Below, piece after piece: positions 56,801-64,000 of a stretch of DNA of 64,000 nt. This DNA comes from Eledone cirrhosa. Taxonomy: Eukaryota. The notes below the pieces were generated by a model. That model was not told where the DNA came from. It did not search any database and worked only from the letters and a program-made list of their open reading frames with translations. The DNA lies in NCBI GenBank assembly GCA_964016885.1, contig OZ024746.1, positions 4,278,001 to 4,342,000 of the forward strand, given 5' to 3'. How positions within the stretch are numbered: position 1 is the first letter of the stretch; each line of letters starts with the position of its first letter. Made by a program: the position numbers and the translations under genes.

Positions 56801-58730
56801 GCTGCAACAGCAGTAAGTCTTAGGTGAGAATGTTTGTTGTTGCTGCAACACCAGTAAGTCTTAGGTGAGAATGTTCGTTGTTGCTGCAACAGCAGTAAGT
56901 CTTAGATGAGAATGTTTGTTGTTGCTGCAACAGCAGTAAGTCTTAGATGAGAATGTTTGTTGTTCCTGCAACACCAGTAAGTCTTAGGTGAGAATGTTTG
57001 TTGTTGTTGCAACAGCAGTAAGTCTTAGGTGAGAATGTTTGTTGTTACTGCAACAGCAGTAAGTCGTAGGTGAGAATGTTTGTTGTTGCTGCAACACCAG
57101 TAAGTCTTAGGTGAGAATGTTCGTTGTTGCTGCAACAGCAGTAAGTCTTAGATGAGAATGTTTGTTGTTGCTGCAACAGCAGTAAGTCTTAGATGAGAAT
57201 GTTTGTTGTTCCTGCAACAGCAGTAAGTCTTAGGTGAGAATGTTTGTTGTTGCTGCAACACCAGTAAGTCTTAGGTGAGAATGTTTGTTGTTGCTGCAAC
57301 ACCAGTAAGTCTTAGGTGAGAATGTTTGTTGTTGCTGCAACACCAGTAAGTCTTAGATGAGAATGTTTGTTGTTGCTGCAACACCAGTAAGTCTTAGGTG
57401 AGAATGTTTGTTGTTGCTGCAACACCAGTAAGTCTTAGGTGAGAATGTTTGTTGTTGCTGCAACACCAGTAAGTCTTAGGTGAGAATGTTTGTTGTTGCT
57501 GCAACAGCAGTAAGTCTTAGGTGAGAATGTTTGTTGTTGCTGCAACACCAGTAAGTCTTAGGTGAGAATGTTTGTTGTTGCTGCAACACCAGTAAGTCTT
57601 AGGTGAGAATGTTTGTTGTTGCTGCAACACCAGTAAGTCTTAGGTGAGAATGTTTGTTGTTGCTGCAACACCAGTAAGTCTTAGGTGAGAATGTTTGTTG
57701 TTGCTGCAACACCAGTAAGTCTTAGATGAGAATGTTTGTTGTTGCTGCAACACCAGTAAGTCTTAGGTGAGAATGTTTGTTGTTGCTGCAACACCAGTAA
57801 GTCTTAGGTGAGAATGTTTGTTGTTGCTGCAACAGCAGTAAGTCTTAGATGAGAATGTTTGTTGTTGCTGCAACACCAGTAAGTCTTAGGTGAGAATGTT
57901 TGTTGTTGCTGCAACACCAGTAAGTCTTAGGTGAGAATGTTTGTTGTTGCTGCAACACCAGTAAGTCTTATATGAGAATGTTTTTTGTTGCTGCAACACC
58001 AGTAAGTCTTAGGTGAGAATGTTTGTTGTTGCTGCAACACCAGTAAGTCTTAGATGAGAATGTTTGTTGTTGCTGCAACACCAGTAAGTCTTAGGTGAGA
58101 ATGTTTGTTGTTGCTGCAACACCAGTAAGTCTTAGATGAGAATGTTTGTTGTTGCTGCAACACCAGTAAGTCTTAGATGAGAATGTTTGTTGTTGCTGCA
58201 ACACCAGTAAGTCTTAGGTGAGAATGTTTGTTGTTGCTGCAACACCAGTAAGTCTTAGATGAGAATGTTTGTTGTTGCTGCAACACCAGTAAGTCTTAGG
58301 TGAGAATGTTTGTTGTTGCTGCAACACCAGTAAGTCTTAGGTGAGAATGTTTGTTGTTGCTGCAACAGCAGTAAGTCTTAGGTGAGAATGTTTGTTGTTG
58401 CTGCAACACCAGTAAGTCTTAGGTGAGAATGTTTGTTGTTGCTGCAGCACCAGTAAGTCTTAGGTGAGAATGTTTGTTGTTGCTGCAACACCAGTAAGTC
58501 TTAGGTGAGAATGTTTGTTGTTGCTGCAACACCAGTAAGTCTTAGGTGAGAATGTTTGTTGTTGCTGCAACACCAGTAAGTCTTAGGTGAGAATGTTTGT
58601 TGTTGCTGCAACACCAGTAAGTCTTAGGTGAGAATGTTTGTTGTTGCTGCAACACCAGTAAGTCTTAGATGAGAATGTTTGTTGTTGCTGCAACACCAGT
58701 AAGTCTTAGGTGAGAATGTTTGTTGTTGCT
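41844..58730. repeat. 41-bp satellite, ~16.9 kb, ~412 copies
   Basis: Unit ACASCAGTAAGTCTTAGRTGAGAATGTTTGTTGTTSCTGCA, three common biallelic sites. Confidence 0.99.
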
Positions 58731-59184
58731 ACCTTTATTTCCAGAGGACAACCGATCACAGCTCCAGGAATAGGCGGCTTAGAAACACAATCACCTCGTT
58801 CTCAATGTCGTTCTCAATGTCGCCAGAACATATCCTTAACCATCGTTGTTTTATTATTGCTGTTGTTGTTGTTGTTGTTGTTACATCAATTCTACACAGA
58901 ATTCGACAACCAAAATCCCAAAATATAAAAACAAATGAGAAGGTGGAATATAAAGAGGAATAAAACCTGTTTAGACTCCATACTCCGTCCTGAATGGTCT
59001 CCTATCATTCCTACCTTAAATATTCATTTCCCGTTACAACATTACTGTGGCACCCCCCCACACACACACACAAACAGATACACAGATACACACACACACA
59101 TATACACACATACAAACAAACACACACACACAGATACACACACAAACACACACACAGATACACACATACAAAGAGACATACATA

Positions 59185-59245
59185 TGGCCGTAACTCTATG
59201 CCGCAAAACATACTGTCTGACGCTCTACCAATTCTGCCAATCCAC
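59185..59245 (-). mobile_element. SINE head fragment
   Basis: GGCCGTAACTCTATGCC..CTCTACC.ATTCTGCCAATCCAC matches 29740-29800. Confidence 0.6.
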
Positions 59246-59269
59246 TGCCCTTTATTAATTACAACACAA

Positions 59270-60065
59270 ATAATAAAAACAATAACAACAACAAAACTAA
59301 CAATACAAACAACAACAACAACAACAACAACTCCACCACCACTAACAACAACAACAATAATAACAACAACAACAACAACAACAACAACTCCTCCACCACC
59401 ACTAACAACAACAACAATAATAACAACAACAACAACAACACCCCCACCACCAACAACGACAACACCACCAACAACAACACCACCACCAACAACAACAACA
59501 ACAACACCACCAACAACAACAACAACACCACCACCAACAACAACAACAACAACACCACCACCAACAACGACAACACCACCAACAACAACACCACCACCAC
59601 CAACAACAACAACAACACCACCAACAACAACAACAACACCACCAACAACAACACCAACACCACCAACAACAACACCACCACCACCAACAACAACAACAAC
59701 ACGACCACCACCACCAACAACAACAACAACAACACCACCACCACCAACAACACCACCAACAACACCACCACCACCAACAACATCAACACCACCAACAACA
59801 ACAACACCACCAACAACACCACCTCCACCACCACACCTCCACCACCACCAACAACAACAACAACAACAACACCAACAACAACAACAACACCACCACCAAC
59901 AACAATAACAACACCACCACCACCACCACCAACAACAACAACACCACCAACAACAACAACACCACCACCAACAACAACACCACCACCACCAACAACAACA
60001 ACAACATCAACACCACCAACAACACCACCTCCACCAACACCACCAACAACAACACCAGCACCACC

Positions 60066-60097
<32 letters not shown>

Positions 60098-60500
60098 CAA
60101 CACCAACACCACCAACAACAACAACACCACCACCAACAAAGCTGATATCAAGACAGTCTTGTCACTGCCACGCGAGAAATATTTTTGATCTATTGCACTC
60201 CCACGTGATATATCATTCTTTTTTCATATCCGTAATACAAACATGGCGGTGGTGGTGGTGGTGGTGGTGGTGGTATTGGTTGTGGTAGTAGTCGTGGTGG
60301 TGGTGGTGGTAGTAGTGGTAGTAGTGGTAGTAACAGTGGTGGTAGTAGTGGTAGTGGTAGTAGTGGTAGTAACAGTGGTGGTAGTGGTGGTAGTAGTAGT
60401 AGTGGTAGTAGTAGTGGTACTAACAGTGGTGGTAGTAGTAGTGGTAGTAGTAGTAGTAGTGGTGGTAGTAACAGTGGTGGTAGTAACAGTGGTGGTAGTG
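59270..60500. repeat. (ACA/ACC)n tract, ~105-bp spacer, then (GGT/AGT)n tract
   Basis: Directly visible. Confidence 0.95.
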
Positions 60501-61017
60501 TCAACAACAGTTTCACTACTGTGATAGAAGGAGGGAGAGAAGTGTGGTAGGCCAGTGCAGATTAGCATAGTATTTCGGCCTTGTCACCGAAGGTAAGGTG
60601 TAGGTCGGGGATTGTCTTTTAAATAGCAGTCATTGTGACCCTTCCTCACCTGCAACCCCATATCACACCCACAGGCCTTGAATCCTCAACCTCCATACTC
60701 CACCCCCGTTAACGTGTAATGGCGGCTTCGTATGCAAATGAATTCAGTCTTTCTTACGATAGAGTATAAATATGGATTGATGTCTTTCTTATTGATACCC
60801 TGCTGTCACATCGTTGTATCGTGCTAAATTTTATTCCCACCCAGGACAGTTCTGGGGTGGGGTAGCCAAAGCAACACCCAAGAACTTACAGATTAAATTA
60901 GATTTACATACTCATTATAGAGCCACGAGGTGGATTTGAATAAACACTATCAATTTATGCAGGCATTTATGAATGTATTATGCATTTATGCATGTATCTA
61001 TCTGAATATGTGAGTAA

Positions 61018-61094
<77 letters not shown>

Positions 61095-61415
61095 TATATA
61101 TGTGTGTGTGTGTGAGTATATGTGTGTGTGGGTGTGTATATGTGTGTGTGTGAGTGAGTATATGTGTGTGTGGGTGTGTGTATGTGTGTGTGTGTGTACA
61201 TAAGAACATTTAAGATGATCCTATCTATGGTAATGTCGATGTATATACTATATTTGTTTTTCTGAACGCATACCTTTACTTACATCCACCCATACATCCA
61301 CCCATACATCCACCAATCCATCCATACATACATTCATGTATATATAAATAGATACATACAATCATACATACATTCATATACACACACATATACAGACGTA
61401 TATACATACATTTGC

Positions 61416-61482
<67 letters not shown>

Positions 61483-61485
<3 letters not shown>

Positions 61486-62077
61486 GGTGGCTGCCAACTC
61501 GTTTTCGAGTACGGCCACTACTTTACATCCATGTAGGAGAACCCCTACCGATGCGCTGAACGAGTGTGACTTTTTAGTCCAGCCAGCGACTTGAAAACTC
61601 TGGTACAAACACTACACTTGTGACAATTATTGACACATAGTGCTGGGCCCATGGTACCATGTGACGACAAGTGCAGAGAGGTCTCCAGATATAAAACAAT
61701 GCCTGTGCTGTGAAGCTTTTATAGTGAGCAAAGGCACTGCACAAAGCCAGTCCGACTTTCTTAACCAAGATGATATTTACCAAAAAGAAGAACAAGTCAA
61801 CATCATTGGATACCATCAGAGTTGCAGGTGTTATATCAGAGTTTTCCTTCTCCTAGAATTCTGCCTTGACAAAGGCTAAGGGGTCATCTCTCCCGGTGAT
61901 TTTGGATAGCCATTGACTCTTAAGAGCTGCTTTGACAGGTTTTGTTTTTAGTCCTGCAGGATGTCCAAAGTCACCCTCCTCACCAAGAAACCTTGGTGGG
62001 GTTGCCAGTTTAGTCGCCAACGACCCGACCAGGTTGTACTGGGATACATGTTACCAGTAACACCAACTGGTGACCTG

Positions 62078-62078
<1 letters not shown>
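61483..62078 (-). mobile_element. RTE-derived non-autonomous retroelement, copy 2
   Basis: Colinear and highly similar to 16205-16812, with the same ends. Confidence 0.8.
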
Positions 62079-62139
<61 letters not shown>

Positions 62140-62145
62140 TATATA

Positions 62146-62231
<86 letters not shown>

Positions 62232-62718
62232 AATATATATACACATACACAAACACACGCAAACGATCGTATATAAAAATGTAACATTTTCCTCGGACAA
62301 TTTCTCGGCAGTCTTACAGTCTACTCCTGTTCCCCAGACAACTCCACTCAATAAATATGTGTTCGGCCTAGAAATGTCCTCATCTCTTGACTCGACAAGC
62401 AACAGAAGCCACTTCACTCCACATATTCTACAACCCCTCACATAGGAATATACATATACAACCTTTATATATATGCATACATAAGATCATACCTGATTAC
62501 ATTCAGACACAACATTCGCACATATGTAATTTACACACATATGTCATCCCACCAAGACACATATGTCATAACACCTTATTCACCAACACATACATACACA
62601 AACTCATCTGCACACTCATTTCAACATCACATACACACACTAACATGTTACCTATACCAACTATCTCTCCCATCATTACACATCTGCATTCACAAATATA
62701 CGCTTTTACCATATACCA

Positions 62719-62879
62719 CAGTTTCCCAAATGGAACCCTTTTTGGTTCAGAAACTATGGGGAGAACCCCAAAGTCTAATACAGTTATGTGGTTGTAATAT
62801 AAATATACTCCTCTCCCCTTTTTTCACGGAACCCCAAACACACCTTGGGTTCCACGGAACCCACTTTGGGAACCCCTGC
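62719..62879. mobile_element. hAT-like MITE
   Basis: Right TIR TTTGGGAACCCCTG, left remnant CAGTTTCCCAAA, repeated subterminal GGAACCC. Confidence 0.5.
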
Positions 62880-63151
62880 CATTTACCATCTCAGCCACGA
62901 TGTCACTCGTCTGGCTGCCCTCTGTAAAACAAATGCACTAAAACTGTTTGTCATCTTAAGCATTTCATGTTTTTGTTTTCTAGATAGCGACCCACGTACA
63001 AACAACTGTTTTTCACGGGGACTTTTTTCCTACCTACATCAAGACTCTTTTTTCTGATATGTGTTCTACATAGACACTCACTGCATACACATACACACAT
63101 GTACCTACACACACATACACACACATATATGCACACAGACAGACACACACA

Positions 63152-63201
<50 letters not shown>

Positions 63202-63387
63202 TAAAACCCTGCAATTTCAATTTCATACACATGGCACACATTTTGCCGGGATTATTTTATTTGACAGTCAACACCCGCAAAATTTTGCAGAATTTCTTAA
63301 ATTTGCCTGGAAAATATGGTTTGTAGAACACGAATTCCTTTTCCGTCGGAGAAAGCGGTAAAGCGAAAGAAAGACAAATAGAGAGGT

Positions 63388-63465
<78 letters not shown>

Positions 63466-64000
63466 TGTGTGTGTGTGTGGAAGAGAAGGAGAAAAATATC
63501 GCTAAAATCCCCTTTCATCCAGATGCTACCATGTCGAATAACAGTAGATTTTGTTTCTCTCTCTTTCAGTTCTTCTTTGTCATGATGCATTTTCGCCTGA
63601 TTAAACGGATGTGAGCAAGTTGATACAAAATATAGAGATTACATTGCTTCTCAACACCGAAGTAGTTGGATGGCAATAGATTTTAACGAGATTCTCCCTC
63701 TATCTTAACTAGAAAAAGAAGTTATAAGCTAAGAAGACGGTATTTGCAAGGAAACACCTGTTTAGATATTTGATTCGTTTACCAGACAAAATATATTAAG
63801 ATGGTGATGTGGGACCTTTTAATGTGAAAACTAAAATATCTGATCTGTAATATCACCAATACTACGTCAAGGGGTTTCTAATGCTTTATAGTTAAGTTAT
63901 GGAAAGTGTGTAATATTAATTATACAATTCAAACGCATATTCTATTGCTTTCATTAATTATCTTATATAAATAGTAATATTATGTGATATTAATTATACA

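Noticed and set aside
41844-58730. CRISPR-like array
   Set aside because: Monomers are contiguous with no unique spacers, no cas genes, eukaryotic context

Overview
Eukaryotic, AT-rich, extremely microsatellite- and minisatellite-rich animal DNA. The SINE types and repeat landscape are consistent with a cephalopod (octopus-like) genome, which is an inference. No intact host gene is recognisable, and nearly all ORF-track entries are simple-repeat artefacts. Contents: (i) two truncated Penelope-like retroelements (PLEs): an RT+GIY-YIG copy at ~28-29.6 kb, and a GIY-YIG fragment at 39.6-40.4 kb that the ORF track missed; (ii) R4/Dong-like RLE non-LTR fragments inserted in (CATA)n; (iii) RTE- and CR1-type LINE remnants, two copies of an RTE-derived non-autonomous element, tRNA-derived SINEs, a Helitron, and mariner/pogo/hAT MITE-like elements; (iv) many minisatellites, several of them seeded inside transposons, and a 16.9-kb 41-bp satellite with higher-order duplications; (v) the most striking pattern, a recurring set of short inserts in (TA)n tracts that carry minimal type-I hammerhead ribozyme (HHR) motifs and are often folded back into near-perfect palindromes.
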